NCBI RefSeq assembly: GCF_041956535.1
Contig: NW_027192194.1
Span: 752,009 to 816,008 of the forward strand
Source: Calcarisporiella thermophila CBS 279.70
Lineage: Eukaryota; Fungi; Calcarisporiellomycota
Length of the DNA stretch: 64,000 nucleotides
Reading direction: 5' to 3'
In this document: positions 50,781 to 63,960 of the stretch, in pieces
Layout: each line of letters begins with the position of its first letter
Numbering within the stretch: position 1 is the stretch's first letter
Position numbers and translations under genes: made by a program
Notes under the pieces: generated by a model
What the model was told of the DNA's origin: nothing
Seen by the model: only the letters and a program-made list of their open reading frames with translations
Database searches by the model: none

Positions 50781-52201
50781 ATGTCATTCCCACCCCACCT
50801 CACCCTTCTAGAACCGCACAAACGCCTACTTGAGGAGCTAGGAGATGAGCTCGCTCGCATCCAGCCAAGTGACGCTTTGCAGTTTTGTTTCAACTACTTC
50901 AGTCGTCGGTTGGAGGAGGAGAGATCGCGTTTCATGAGTGGTAAGTGCCGTGGCTCTCCGCCTTTTTTTTTCGCTTTGTTTATCCATCCGCAACCTAATG
51001 GCTGACGGGATTTTTGCCATGACTTAGGGGGTGCACAGGCTCCCAATCAGGCATTCGAATCCTCCATCCCCCCCTTCGCCCCGGGAGATGAGGCCCAGCT
51101 CCAGCAGGACTTCGACGAGCATCTCATCGACAGCGATGAGGATGACGTCGACGAAGAGGAGAGCGAGGATGTTTCCCCACTCCCCGCAGTCGATCCCTCG
51201 CGTTACAATCCGGCGCGCCGTACAAGTGTCAGCGCCGAATCCATGACCCCTAGCCGTAATCAGCAGGATTACGTGAAGCTGGTCGTGCCCAAATCCGAGG
51301 AACAGCGCCGCCGGATCGAAGCTTCGATTGGGAACAATTTCTTGTTCAAGAATCTGGACGAGGAGCAGCACCGAGACGTGGTCAACGCCATGACAGAAAA
51401 GCGCTTCAAGGCGGGCGACGAGGTCATCCGCCAGGGAGCCGTCGGAGACTTTTTCTACATTGTGGAGACGGGGACCCTCGAGGTCTACATCGACAAGGGC
51501 GCGCCCCAGAAGGTGGCGGAGTATGGGCCGGGCGGCAGCTTTGGGGAGCTCGCACTGATGTACAACGCACCCCGTGCTGCAACCGTGGTCGCCACCTCGG
51601 ACTGTGTCCTCTGGGCCCTGGATCGGGTCACGTTCCGCCGTATCCTCATGGAAAACACGTCCCAGAAGCGCCGCATGTATGAGGCCTTCCTCGAGGAAGT
51701 GCCCCTGCTCGCCTCGTTGCAGCCCTACGAAAGACACAAGATTGCAGACGCATTGGAGAGCGTTTATTTCGACGATGGCCAGCTGGTAATCAAGCAGGGC
51801 GACGTAGGCGACAACTTCTATTTTGTGGAGGCGGGTGAAGGCGTCGTGATCAAGGCCGACGACAAGGGAGTGGAGCACGAGGTGTTGCAGCTGAAGAAGG
51901 GAGACTACTTTGGCGGTAAGCTCAGCCGTTCCTCACCTCTCCCTGCTCGCCCAGTGGGTGGACAACCTTACTAACCCCCTCTCCTTGCCTTTCCGCCCTA
52001 GAATTGGCCTTGCTCAACGACCAGCCCCGTGCGGCAAGCGTCCGCGCTAAAGGCCGGCTAAAGTGCGCAACCCTGGGAAAGAAGGCGTTCACCCGCCTTC
52101 TCGGGCCTCTGCACGAAATCCTCAAGCGCAACAGTGCTCAGTACGTGAGCGTCATTTCCTCGCAGGGCCAAAACTATGGTCAGGATGTGACCATGTCCTA
52201 G
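50781..52201 (+). CDS. pkaR: cAMP-dependent protein kinase regulatory subunit (type II-like); exons 50781-50940, 51028-51915, 52002-52201
   Basis: D/D domain [13 protein letters not shown]; inhibitor site RRTSVSAES; two cNMP cassettes [15 protein letters not shown] and [15 protein letters not shown]. Confidence 0.97.
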
Positions 52202-52790
52202 GAGCAACGCTCCAGCGGCGATGTTTCGTTCTGATTCTTCTATTTTTCTTTCTCTCAGTCTTCAGTTGAAGGGAGGTGTGTGTGGCATGAGTACACTTTT
52301 TTTTCAATAATTTTCCGGATTCTTTTTTTTTTATTTCTTCTGTTTTCTCTTTTTTTCCCCCTTTAATTCTCTCTTGTTTTTCTCTTTGACGAGCATTTTT
52401 TTTCTTTTCTTTTTATTCTGAAAATGCAAAGTTTGAATAAATTTCTATTGGGACAATCTCTTTTTTTCCTCGAGCTCAACAAAACAAAAAAAAATGGACA
52501 AACCATTTGGAAATAACCCATGAGCCATAGGTAGAGGCATGAACGTGGAATGAGTTTCTTCTAACATTTATTTTGAAGGGGAGCATAAGAAAAAAAAAAT
52601 AAGAATCCCACAATATTTGCAAAAAGAAAAGGAAAAAAAAGAACAAGGAATAGCGATATAGAAATGATGGAAAGAAAAGGATGGAAGAAGGAAAAAAAAA
52701 AAGATTGCCTTGCTCTCCCCCACCCTCTGGCCAAAGGGAAATGCCATAAATAAACAAACAGTAACAACACAAAACAAACAAACCGTGAAA

Positions 52791-55784
52791 TCATATCTGT
52801 CCTTTTATATCTATCTTACAATACTTTTTCTTGGCCTCCTCAATGATCGGCAGGGTTATCTTGGTCAGCAGCATACCGTTGGGTTTGTCCGTACACTTAC
52901 CTGCCCCATGCTCCCCCAGAAACTTCGACAAGGCCTCAAGATCTTCAAACGCAAGCTCGTGCCGAAGAAATTCCAAGCTGATGCTTGGACGGTACGCCTT
53001 GCAGATGGTGGCCATGGCCTTCACCCGCTCGCGCGCAACAAAATGATCCATCAAATAACCACACATAAACGGGGCGGAGCGATAGAGGAGAAAGAAGAGG
53101 TGGTAGTTCGAGGTGGCAATCGCGGAGCGGACGCGGAGGGCATGGGCGACGGCTCGATCCTGCTTCTGCTCCTCCGTGAGTTCGGCCATGACTCCATTGA
53201 CCTCTATCGGGATTGGGAGAAACAAGTGTCAGCAGGCATACAAAGAAAAAAAAGAATCATCCAAAGTGGATCACGAACCGGTTCGGTTCTGCGTATGTAA
53301 CAAATACAATATCCTGTAAGCCGTGAACTCCATCACTTTCCCAGGTAACCCAAGCTTGTAAAGCTGGTTAAGCTGCGATTGGCACTGATTGAACTCGCCA
53401 AGGTCACCCTAACGGTCGGGTCCACATTAGCATTCCGTGGGGGAAAAAAGGTGTGGTGTCACAACTATACCTTTTCCAGCGCAATGCGGGCGTGGATTTC
53501 GTACACTTGAACAGTGAAGTCGTTCTTTATCCGTTGTACCTAGTTGGAATTTTTTTTCAAAAAATACAATTACGTAAAATAGTCATTATCATGGACTGTT
53601 TTCTCCACATCCATTAGTAAAGGTGAACTCACCGTTAGGTCCTGGCGCATCGACTTGAATTGATCGCAGATATAGGTGTAGTTGCTTTCCTTTTTCCACT
53701 TGAATTTCAGAAGCTCGAGGGTCTGTTTCAACACAGGTAGTGGGCGTACCGTCGAAGGGTCTGGGGCGGAAGTTAACCTGAGGTATTGCTTCTCCAAAGT
53801 TTGGCACTGTAGAAAGGGCACAAAGGTGAATTCGAGATCATGGGTCAACCCATTTCCAGCAAAATACTCACCGTTCCCACAATGGTATATTCATCCCAAT
53901 CAATCACATCCTACGTTGAAGAGACAAATCATGAGGCCATCCATCTATTCATGATAACTATCTAGGAGACTCACAGGGTTATAGGTAGGAGGTTCGGGGG
54001 GAGGGGCCGGCGAGGGTTGCTTAGCATTAGATTCGTTAGTTTGAAACCGCTTGAGTCGCTTCTCTCGCTTCCGAAGCTCCTCCTCGGTCTCCTCGATGGA
54101 AAGTAATGGAATGTCAGGGGTGGAGTCGCGAGTTGTACTGAAACAAAAAAAGAAATAAGACACAGACATCTGGTAAGTCGCTATGTTCGTGGATCAGCAG
54201 TGAAAGATTATTTTACTTCTTCCGTTTGGACGACTTGGTCTTTTCCACATCTGTGCTCGATAGGTCAATGAAGCTAGGAGTGCAAGAAGAGTGCATAAGA
54301 GATCAATCCATAAAGGCCACAAGCCATCAATTAGATTACTCCAAATTCTCCCGTGTTTTATTTTTGAACCTCTCCACACACCTCGGCAGTGGCATGTTAT
54401 CCCAATCTGTCGTGTTAATCCTGCCTCGACGGAATGCATCTGTTACGATTTCTTTGAGTTCCTCCTGCACTTTGTCCTTGTAGCTCTCAGGAATGTTCTC
54501 AAAAGCCCGATTGATATAATTCCTAGAAACGACCACAGGTGTCAATTATTAACCAACTGGCCAATGGCATATCCTATCATTAAGAGGTTCCTACTTCAAC
54601 GGCACTGGCCAGGATTTTTGGCCAGTCTCTCCCTGCTCGTTAGTTTCAGAAGTTGAAATTTCCTTTGGCCGCGAAGAGGTTGAAGAGGGCGGGGTCGGCT
54701 GAGCAGACTGTGTAGTGGAGGGAGTGTCAGAATCAAATACAATTCTTTTCTCTAGTAATTTTCCCTTTGGTTTGACTGAAATATAAGCGGGGGCTAATGG
54801 TACATATGAAAAAAATAAGAATTCGTTAGGATATAAAGGATGCGGCTGTATTATGCACACAAGGTTCAGCAAACCTTCTTTGACTCCACCCGGTTTCACG
54901 TCAAATCTTCGCTTGCTTTCCACCTTTTTCTCTTTCTCCTTTCCTTCCACACTCGGCGGAACGGGCTGCTTCACAATACTAGCATAAGACCGCTTTTCGG
55001 GTCCTTCCGTGGCCTTTCCACTCTCCGCTGTGTTGGAACCACCACTTGGCCTCATGAGAGGAGGTTGGGAACCGGGAGGAGTGGGATGATAGCCATTAGC
55101 GCCACTAATATATCGATAAATCATTTTAACATTAAAATATAATGATCCATTAAATCTAAAGCATGAAGAAGCCATATATACTTTGCCGTGGCAGGTGTGC
55201 TACCCGGAGGAGCCTTCGATGCCGCATAGCTATAGTCCGGTGTAGTCCCCGGCGCTGCCACTGGTGCTGATGGTGGCGGAGGCGCTGTGGGAGGTGGTTG
55301 CGAGTAATTAGCCGCTTGTCCTGGTGCTGGATTATAAGAATAAGGATATGAATAATAATATCCATACGGATAGCCATAAGTAGACGGGGGAGCCGCAGCA
55401 GTTCCACCCGCCTGTGATACACCTGGTTGGGACGGCGGCGGCGGTGGAGGAGGTTGAGGATAATTAATTGCGCTCGAGGGAGGATTATGGACGGTAGAGT
55501 TGGTGGCAGTATTCACACCAGGAGGAGGAGGGTTTTGCGGAGCAGCAGTCGAGTAATATGCATTATAATTGTACGCATCTGCAGGGTATTGGGCATAGTA
55601 CTGAGGATAGGCGGAGTACGGATTCTGCGGTGGTTGACTCTGGGATGCATAAGAGTACGATGACCTAAAGGAAGACACCAAGGATCAGCTTTAAAGCAGG
55701 GATCTAGAAAGAAGAACTCCTGAATGATTACCAGGACGGATTTCCTGATCCGCCTGTTTGGTAGCTGTCTTTCGAGGGATCCAG
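52791..55784 (-). CDS. THP3: SAC3/GANP-family protein THP3/LENG8 with Tyr/Pro-rich N-terminus; probable CUG start
   Basis: [89 protein letters not shown]-terminus; start position inferred. Confidence 0.92.
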
Positions 55785-56214
55785 GTTGTTGCTCGCTTTT
55801 GCTCGCAATCAGTAAGACGCAGATGGGATGCCTAAGGGCAAGGAAAAAGAAAGCCAGGAAATGGAACTATACGGACTAGCGTCGATCACTGCAAAGTACG
55901 ACTTCGAGATCGGGATGCGGTTTCTACAGCTGGAGCAGAAGGAAATAAGACGAATGGTGGAGGAGATATAATCTTAGCGATCAACCTTGGACAGCCGCGT
56001 TTATTGAGCACTTTGGTTTCTGAAAATCAGAACACTCGGTGGCTTAGAGTCCGGTTACACCATTTCCGTCGTTGTGCCGCTTGAGAGTGGGTTACTGTTA
56101 TTATTCTGGTATCAATAAAATAACAAAGGTGTCATGTTGCATGTCAGTTCATAACTTCATCTCATAAAATTTGTATTTCTTCCCTCCAGTCTTTACTTGC
56201 ATCATCTATTCTTG

Positions 56215-59200
56215 ATGGAAACTTTCCATCCCGTCAACTTCGATCTGCTCAAGCAGCCATCATCTTCCCCAGCCAAACCTCTCATCAATGAAGGCGGCCT
56301 TTATTCAAATAGGAAGATGCTCCCACACTCACCCAATTCCCCACAAGTTCCACTTCCACAGCCGAATCAATCCTCGTATCTCACCCCACCAGCCTCTACC
56401 GAATCGCTAACGCTCGACACTGTACGGCAATGGTCGAAGGAACGAGTGGGAACATGGCTCCACGAGTGCCACCTTGGGCATCATGAAAGAGTTTTTACGG
56501 GTACGGTACAATTGTGGTGGATGGATTCACCAGATGAGATGTATTAATATGCATTGGTTGTGTAGGAAACGATGTGAATGGTGAAGTCCTGTTAGAGATA
56601 GACAATATGTTTCTTAAAGAAATGGAGATTCCGACAGTAGGAGAGCGTGTACGCATCCTAACTGCAGTGCGAGCTTTGCGCCGTGAATGCATGATGAACC
56701 AACATCTACCACAGAGAGTGAGTCTATGGCGCACTTCCACCGAGACTTGTGCCCTTAATTGACTTGAATGCTCTTAAAATTAGAATCTTCGCCAAGAGGC
56801 CGATTTCATTCGTCACCGATGGGAGAAATTTTCGCCACTACTTAGCTCCACCTCGCCCGCCCGCCTGCTCTCTCGTTCAGACTCGAAAAAGAATAGATAT
56901 GATTTATCCGATCAGCTATCACCGATAGAATCCACAAAGGTATGTCTCAGTTCTTGTGCACGAAAAGAATTTATTTTTCCAGCTAATATCCTTTCTCCGG
57001 TTTTCAGAGGAACTCCGTTGAAGCGGATATTATGTCATTGGAGCATGTCAAACAGGTAAAGATGATACGAAGTACTCATGTGCATCCATCACTAATAGCG
57101 ACCTATTCTGTCATTAGCGGTGTGTGCGTGTGATTGGGGATGATGGCCAAACCAGCGTGGTGGATGTTAGCAATGTATCTGATGCAAAGTCCATTCTCGA
57201 CAAAGTGCTCCACAAGTTTGGTATTAATGATCGGTCAGACAGATACGCCATTTTCGTGACTTCTGGTGGAACGGATAAGAAGGGCGAAGGTAAACTAGCC
57301 ATGCTAGCCCATTGTCTTTCTCAGTCATGTGGATTAACAATGCATTTTACTAGCCTCGGCCCGAATGATTAATGACAAGGAGCTTGTGGAAATTTGTAAG
57401 TCGGTCGATCGTCCCGAGCGAGACCGTCTGATTTTACGCAAGCACCACCAATTTATCACACATAATGAGTTCAAGCGCATGGGATCGGTGAACCGCTCGG
57501 TGAACCATCAGTACCAGAAAATTCAAAAAATCCAGAAGATATTCGGCGAACTGCCCCCCACCTATCCCGAATTCGTGCGGTCTCCTGGTCGTGTGAAGAC
57601 CTTTGTGGGTGAGCGACCACCAAGCGAATTGATCTCCTCGAACCTAGCCGAGTTTTTCCCTGGTCATCGAACGGACCTCTTGGCGGAGGTAGGCACAAGG
57701 GTATCCATGCGGGCAAGTCATGCGTCGAGATTGGTGATGGATGGACGCGATTCCGAGATAGATCGAGGCAGTGCGGCCAACGAAGAGAACGCGTCCCATT
57801 CAAACAATCGGCGAAGGTCGTTTGCCTCGGTGTCGGTGAGCAGAACTCCTAATCGGTCCTCGAGTAAGCGGTACTCGATGATTCCGATGGATAACATCAA
57901 AACCCAGGTCGAAGCATTACGGCACCAACGAAGCCCGCTTGCAGAAGTTCAAGAGGAAGGAAGTGATGAAGAAACATTGGCAGAGGAGAAGGAGGAGGAA
58001 GAGGAAGAGGAGGGAGCAACCACTGCAGCCATCGTTTTTGGCCTAGAGGACTCATCAAAAAGCGATGAGGCGGTGTTTGAGGACGCGGAAGAAGTGGGAG
58101 TTGAAGCTAGTGTAGAAGAGGTGGTTAAGCAAGGTAGGAATGCAGCATGGTTCAGTTCATCTAATCTAGACAACCCACTTATATTTCTTGTTTCTATCGC
58201 GTAGAATCCAAAAAACTAAAATGGATGAAGGGTGCTCTGATCGGACGTGGATCTTTCGGTGATGTCTATCTTGGTTTAAATGCGATAAGCGGAGAGCTGA
58301 TGGCCGTCAAACAAGTGGAAATTCCCCAAGTGAACTCGGCAACGAAGGAACGAAAGAAGGCTATGGTAAAACCAATTTTTTCCCCCTTTCTTTGACCACC
58401 CACCGCTAATTCGTTTGTATGGCTTTTTTGTTAGTTGGACGCGCTACAATTAGAGATTTCCCTATTGAAAGACTTGCACCACGAGAATATTGTCCAATAT
58501 CTTGGTGAGTGCTATGTTACCTCCAATGTTTTACACAACATTTCCCCTAAAATAGAATATCCTGACTTCTTTCAGGCTCAAATTGTGACGACACCCATTT
58601 TTACATCTTTTTGGAATATGTTCCTGGAGGGTCGGTCGCAGGCCTTTTGGCTGACTACGGTGCATTTGAAGAGCCACTTGTGCGGACCTTTGTCAAGCAG
58701 ATTCTTCACGGTTTAAGGTATTTGCATGAGCGAGATATTATCCATCGAGATATTAAAGGCGCAAATATCCTGGGTACGTTATCGAAATTGACTAAATCAA
58801 TGACAAACTGTGCAATAGTTAACTTTTCGCCTATCTTCCCCTCATTTTAGTGGATAATAAAGGGTGCGTGAAGATTTCAGACTTTGGTATTTCGAAAAAG
58901 ATCGAGGACGGTAAGTCAACCATGGCGATTTCCCGATGAATCACATAAATCTAACCGCGTCCCACTTTATAATAGATATTCTCACTGCGTCAGGAGCAGC
59001 ACGACCCTCATTTAAGGGATCTGTGTTTTGGATGGCGCCCGAAGTGGTGAAGCAGACGCAATACACCAACAAAGCAGATATATGGTCACTCGGATGCTTG
59101 GTCATCGAGATGTTAAGCGGTGACCACCCCTGGCCAAGCTACACGCAGATGCAAGCTATTTTCAAGGTAAGCTATTTCCTTATCCAAGTAGGTAAATAAC

Positions 59201-59463
59201 TCAGCTCGTTGATATATGCCATTTCTTCTCCTTTAGATTGGTCGATACGCCGCTCCTGATATCCCTGAAGTGGCTTCCAGCGATGCTCGAGACTTTTTGC
59301 AGCGCACCTTTGAATTGTAATTGTCTTTGCCTTGAATGGATGAAAGATTGACCCTAATGGCTTTATCTTCATTTTGCTTTATAGAAATTACCAAGACCGT
59401 CCTTCAGCCACCGAATTACTAAAACATGCCTTCCTAGCGCAACCGGGTGGATCCACGCCCTAA
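56215..59463 (+). CDS. STE11: MAP kinase kinase kinase Ste11/Byr2 (SAM, Ras-association and kinase domains); many exons
   Basis: [19 protein letters not shown]; RA domain; [18 protein letters not shown]; [43 protein letters not shown]. Confidence 0.96.
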
Positions 59464-59663
59464 CTGTTTTATTTTTTACAAATATTTATTTTTTTTCTCC
59501 TAATATGTTAAGGATCCATGTATTTCCTGATGCTGAAAAGTCTGTGTTTTTTAGATTTTTTTTTTCAAGTGGTTACTTTACTTCCAGCTTTTTTCCTTTC
59601 TTTCCTAATGTTGTAGTTTTTTACTTTTATTTATTTTTTTTTAATAATAATCTCATTTCCACG

Positions 59664-60899
59664 TTATTCGGACGAGTAGTCTAAAATCTCAGAGCCACTT
59701 GAGGCGAGCTCATCAGCGATGCTTCGCACATCTACATCCAGGCGTAATGGGATGGTTTCATGTGTGAAGTACGGATACTTCAAAACCTACCAAGGCAAAT
59801 CAATTAGCACACTCATCTCAGCGGGCAGAAAATAGCTAGACAACTTGTTCGCAGCTTATTCGACGTGAAGCGGAATACACGAGGATTTTTTCCAAAATCC
59901 TGAGGGCATCTAGGGACGCAGGTATCCGCTTGTCGAGTGGCAAGGCGGGGAGCGGTTGGAACAAAATCTTTCCATAATCGGGCATATCTTTCCATTCCTA
60001 TGGATAAGCTACATTAAAAATATCCATTGCTTCTTATTCAGAGGGGTATATAAGGGGTTACCGGCCAGGTCAGCTCGTCGGGTGTTCCGAGCAACTCGAA
60101 TATGCAAATTACTTGATGAATATCACTTCGTCCGCAAAATAGTGCCTTATCTCGAATAAATAGCTCAGCAAACACACATCCCGCAGACCAAACGTCTATG
60201 GCACAAGTATAGTTCGAGGAAGCGAACAGAAGTTCTGGTGCACGGTACCACCTTTTTCAAAGAGAAGTTGGCAATGTCAACACCAAGCTACTTACAGATG
60301 GCTGTGTTGCTCACACTTGAATACCTTGTCCCAACGTGAGCGCTCTTATTTTCGTTGGCTTTCGCCATCACCGCCGTACCAAAATCGGAAATTTTAAGGA
60401 CACCCTCTGGAGATATAAGCACGTTGGTCGGTGAGATATCACGGTGCATAAAGCCGCATTCATGAATGTAATCAAGACCACGGAAGAGCATATAAGCACA
60501 GGATTTAATCTGGAGAGCAGAGAGAGGAGGGCCGTTGCGAAGGAGACCATGCAAGTCGAGAGGTAAAAAAGGGTATATGAAGGTGTGGGTGAGGTCGTCT
60601 TCGGATTCAAAATAGTCAAGAAGAGACACCACCTATCGGGTGTTTAGGGAAACAATTAGGAGGTAAGTCTACCACAGGTGCTAGCTAGAGATAGAATAAA
60701 TAGCTACATTTTCATGATGCAACTTCTTGGATCCTTCTAGTTCACGCTTTGCGTGTTGCAAAACCTCTTTCATCATAACATTTTGCGTCGGCCCAATACG
60801 TTTCAGCGCCACCAGTTCACTTGTTTGAATGTTGCAAGCTTTATATACGTTTGAATAGGTTCCTTCTCCAACATGAGAGAGGATTCTGTACTTGTCCAT
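59664..60899 (-). CDS. Cyclin-dependent-kinase-like protein kinase (CDK20/CCRK or Csk1/CAK-like); 5 exons
   Basis: GEGTYSNVYKA, VALKRI, HRDISPTN, KISDFG, VGTRWYRAPELLF, LGTPDELTWP, DMPDYGKI. Confidence 0.88.
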
Positions 60900-61031
60900 G
60901 GGGATTCAGCTCCTGTTTTTCGAACTTCTCTATCTCAATAACTAAATATTTGCCACGAAAAATACACAGTCACAACTGGAGGTAGATTCATTTTCTCTAT
61001 GAACTATAGTTAGGTCAAAGAATTGCTTCAG

Positions 61032-62684
61032 ATGGAATTCCAAGGCTTTCCTCGCCTTCTTTCTGTATTCTATGCAGAATTTCATCCGGATAAAGGCCCC
61101 AAGGTACTATATGAAGTACCTGAAGGCTCAGTGCTTCCTACACCCAATATAACACCTCTTGTCGATTTCGATTCTATATCTGAATACATCGTTCCAAAAG
61201 AAGAGCTCTCAGACCGCCTCGTTACCATCACGACGGGTCATCACAAAGTCATAGGCTATCCTGTACGCCTTGAAGGAATTCGATACCACAAAAGGAGGAA
61301 TTTGTTCCAGTTTAATTTGTGTTTTGTATTCGATAAAGACGCGGAAACAAGCAGCTATGATCCAGTGGTACGAAAATGCGCACGTGTGTTAAAGGCAATA
61401 GAGGTAGGTCGTTAGATGTTTTGGATTGTATGCAGATCACAAGTTTCCCGTCTCATGAATTAACCTTTGTGGATATGCATTTTTAGGAGGAGAATCTTTT
61501 TCTCTCAAATTCGTCTACAGGGGTTGCCGTTCAAAATCTTATTGAGCAGCTTCTAGAAGATCTTAACAGCTACTGCGAATGCCAAATACCTATAAGTAAG
61601 ACGAATCTTTGTAAACTCTTTTTTATCTTTACTCTGCGTGCCCACACTTCATCTCTAATCTTGATTAGACCCAGCAAATACCATTAATCTTAAGCTCTTC
61701 CCCACTTATCCTAATCCACCCCCCGTATACGATTATCAAGTTCCAATATTGACTGTTAATGTTGAGGCACTCATGGATGTGAGTTGGGACATTACCATGC
61801 AACGTATCGCCAAGCACATTGATGGAGTAAAACATGTGCGCAAAATTGCCCATCTTGCCGAAGTGGAGCCATCCTTAGCACGCAAATGTATGGAGCACCT
61901 ATTATATTATATGTGCATTATCATGGTGGATATATTCCAGGTAAGAATCAGTGTCTCTGATGAAATGATCTTGCACATTAAGTATTTATATGCAATATCA
62001 GTTCGGAAATATTTATGCTACAAGGCCGGACGTGAAAAAATTGACGGAAGACATAACATTACAAAATGAATGCATTTCATACTGTACAAAGCCTGGTATT
62101 CAACTTTTTAATTTCTTGATTAGTCCTGCTTGGAATACATGTTAACCTATTTACACGATTTGACGTGAAAGATATGCTTCCGCCACCCTTTTCAAAAATA
62201 CTGAATATTTATTGTAGCTTGAGACACGGGCTAACGCTTCGGGATTGGATAAAACAATACGATGTCTCTTCCTATAATATTGATATTCGGTCAGTAGATT
62301 GGATTATATCATTGCTAGCATATTCAGATGTCGCGGTTGTTAATCTAGTTATTTTTATAGACGCTTCATCTCGTTTGGCGTGATGAAAGGGTTCCTCTAT
62401 CGAGTCCATAAATATCCTTTGTTGCTCAACAATGTACAGCCGGAGAACACAATTGAAGGAGATTATCCTGCATCTTATTCAGAGATATCGCCACGACTGC
62501 GCAAGTAATTATAATTTCATTATGTAATGCTGGATGATTTATTTGATCATCCCTTTGATGAAATGACAGGTATCTTACGGGCACCCATCACTATGATGAG
62601 ATTTGTACAGCGCTCGAGGTTAGCGCACGAGAGCTCGACGACACACTAAGATCAAACCCAAATGTCGTGTTTTTGTATCGATAG
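61032..62684 (+). CDS. NPR2: Nitrogen permease regulator 2 (GATOR1/SEACIT subunit NPRL2); multi-exon
   Basis: FYAEFHPDKGPKVLYEVP, RNLFQFNLCFVF, EDLNSYCECQIPI, INLKLFP, WDITMQRI..IDGVKHV, RRFISFGVMKGFLYRVHKYP, GTHHYDEIC. Confidence 0.95.
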
Positions 62685-63764
62685 CTTCGTGTATTCACAC
62701 TATTTGCTCTTTGTTATTTGTTATTTGTCATTTTTTTCTTTGCATAGCTTACTAATGGTTGTCACTTTAATATATGGGGTTTTTGAGGCCGGAGGTTTCT
62801 GCTGGTGCTTATGAAAGCATATTTTTTCTGGAGTATCTCAAACGGCACTAAGACTCCAAAAATAAACACCAGGAAAGAGAAGCTTTGTAATGCTCAAACA
62901 TTGGCATCGCCTTAAGTCTTGTTAACTAGGCTCCTACGAACAACGAGTGTTCAGCCTGACCGATAGTGAAGTTGAAAAATCTCGAAACTACAAAATTGAT
63001 TATGGAAATACCCAAACCATTTTCAAGTTTGCTCAACAACAACTCCACATCATATGTCCAGCGATGCCTGCGTCATACTCCGTATGTGGTTGGCTTTTTA
63101 TCATTGTGATAATCCTAATAGTGTTGACTCTGGCAACTCCGTCGGCGATATTTCGCACTCACAAAGTTCAGTGGACTCCTTTTAGACCGAGCTTAACTCT
63201 GCCAATAATGGGGCCAGTTGAAAATGTGCTACGGTCAGCCTAGCTCACTTCGGCTAAGCAAATCCACCGCCAAACTTAGAGACTGGGATGGCATGAGGCC
63301 AGTGACTAAGCCAAAGCGGGATTAACTGCAAATAAATGATAAATTCATTACTTCCCGATACATTTAGATGGAAATCGCAGCAACCCCCTTGGGCCGCTCC
63401 TCAGGGCAGCAGCCGTCGCGTCTCTTCAGCCGGTCGGCATGGAGGGCCAAACTTCACATAATGACATTTCATCATCCAAGAATACGTGGCAAGGTTTCCT
63501 TTTGTGCTCATTTTCTGAGCAAAGGCCTATGATTTTGTAATTCGGTCTGGATCCCTCAATATAGTTAAAAATCAAATCTGGTCAGATTTGGTTGTACAAA
63601 ATGCGCGTGAATTGCATCTTTAATATGGACTTTTCCCTCTCTTATAATGAGCTCGGCGCGTTCTTCGTCCCTTATTGCTGTCTGTCCGACCTAGTTTTTC
63701 CTTCCCCCTTCCCTTTGATTATCGATTCTTTCCATTCCTTAATCACTCTTCTCTCCTAAGTAAA

Positions 63765-63960
63765 ATGCGGTTCAACTTGGGCATCGCCGTGATTATGGCG
63801 CTTGTCTCATCATGCGCAGTCGCCGCTAAAGAATTTCCTTTTTGCAAAGGAAAATTTGCAAAGCGTGATGAGATTTGCAAAAAATTTCATTTCCCCCCTC
63901 CTGGCCAGGGACGTACATGTGTCACTCCTAAGAATGGGACAACGTTCTTCGATATCTCAG
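63765..63960 (+). CDS. First exon of a secreted Cys-containing protein (continues beyond the window)
   Basis: MRFNLGIAVIMALVSSCAVAA signal peptide after a pyrimidine-rich leader; GTAAGG donor near 63960. Confidence 0.65.

Noticed and set aside
51024-51878. 284-aa antisense ORF (and similar ones at 52710-53300 and 49748-50335)
   Set aside because: Shadow frames of GC-rich coding or promoter sequence with no recognisable motifs
62947-63243. ORF with a hydrophobic stretch (MPASYSVCGWLFIIVIILIVLTLA...)
   Set aside because: No recognisable family or supporting gene signals; unresolved without RNA-seq
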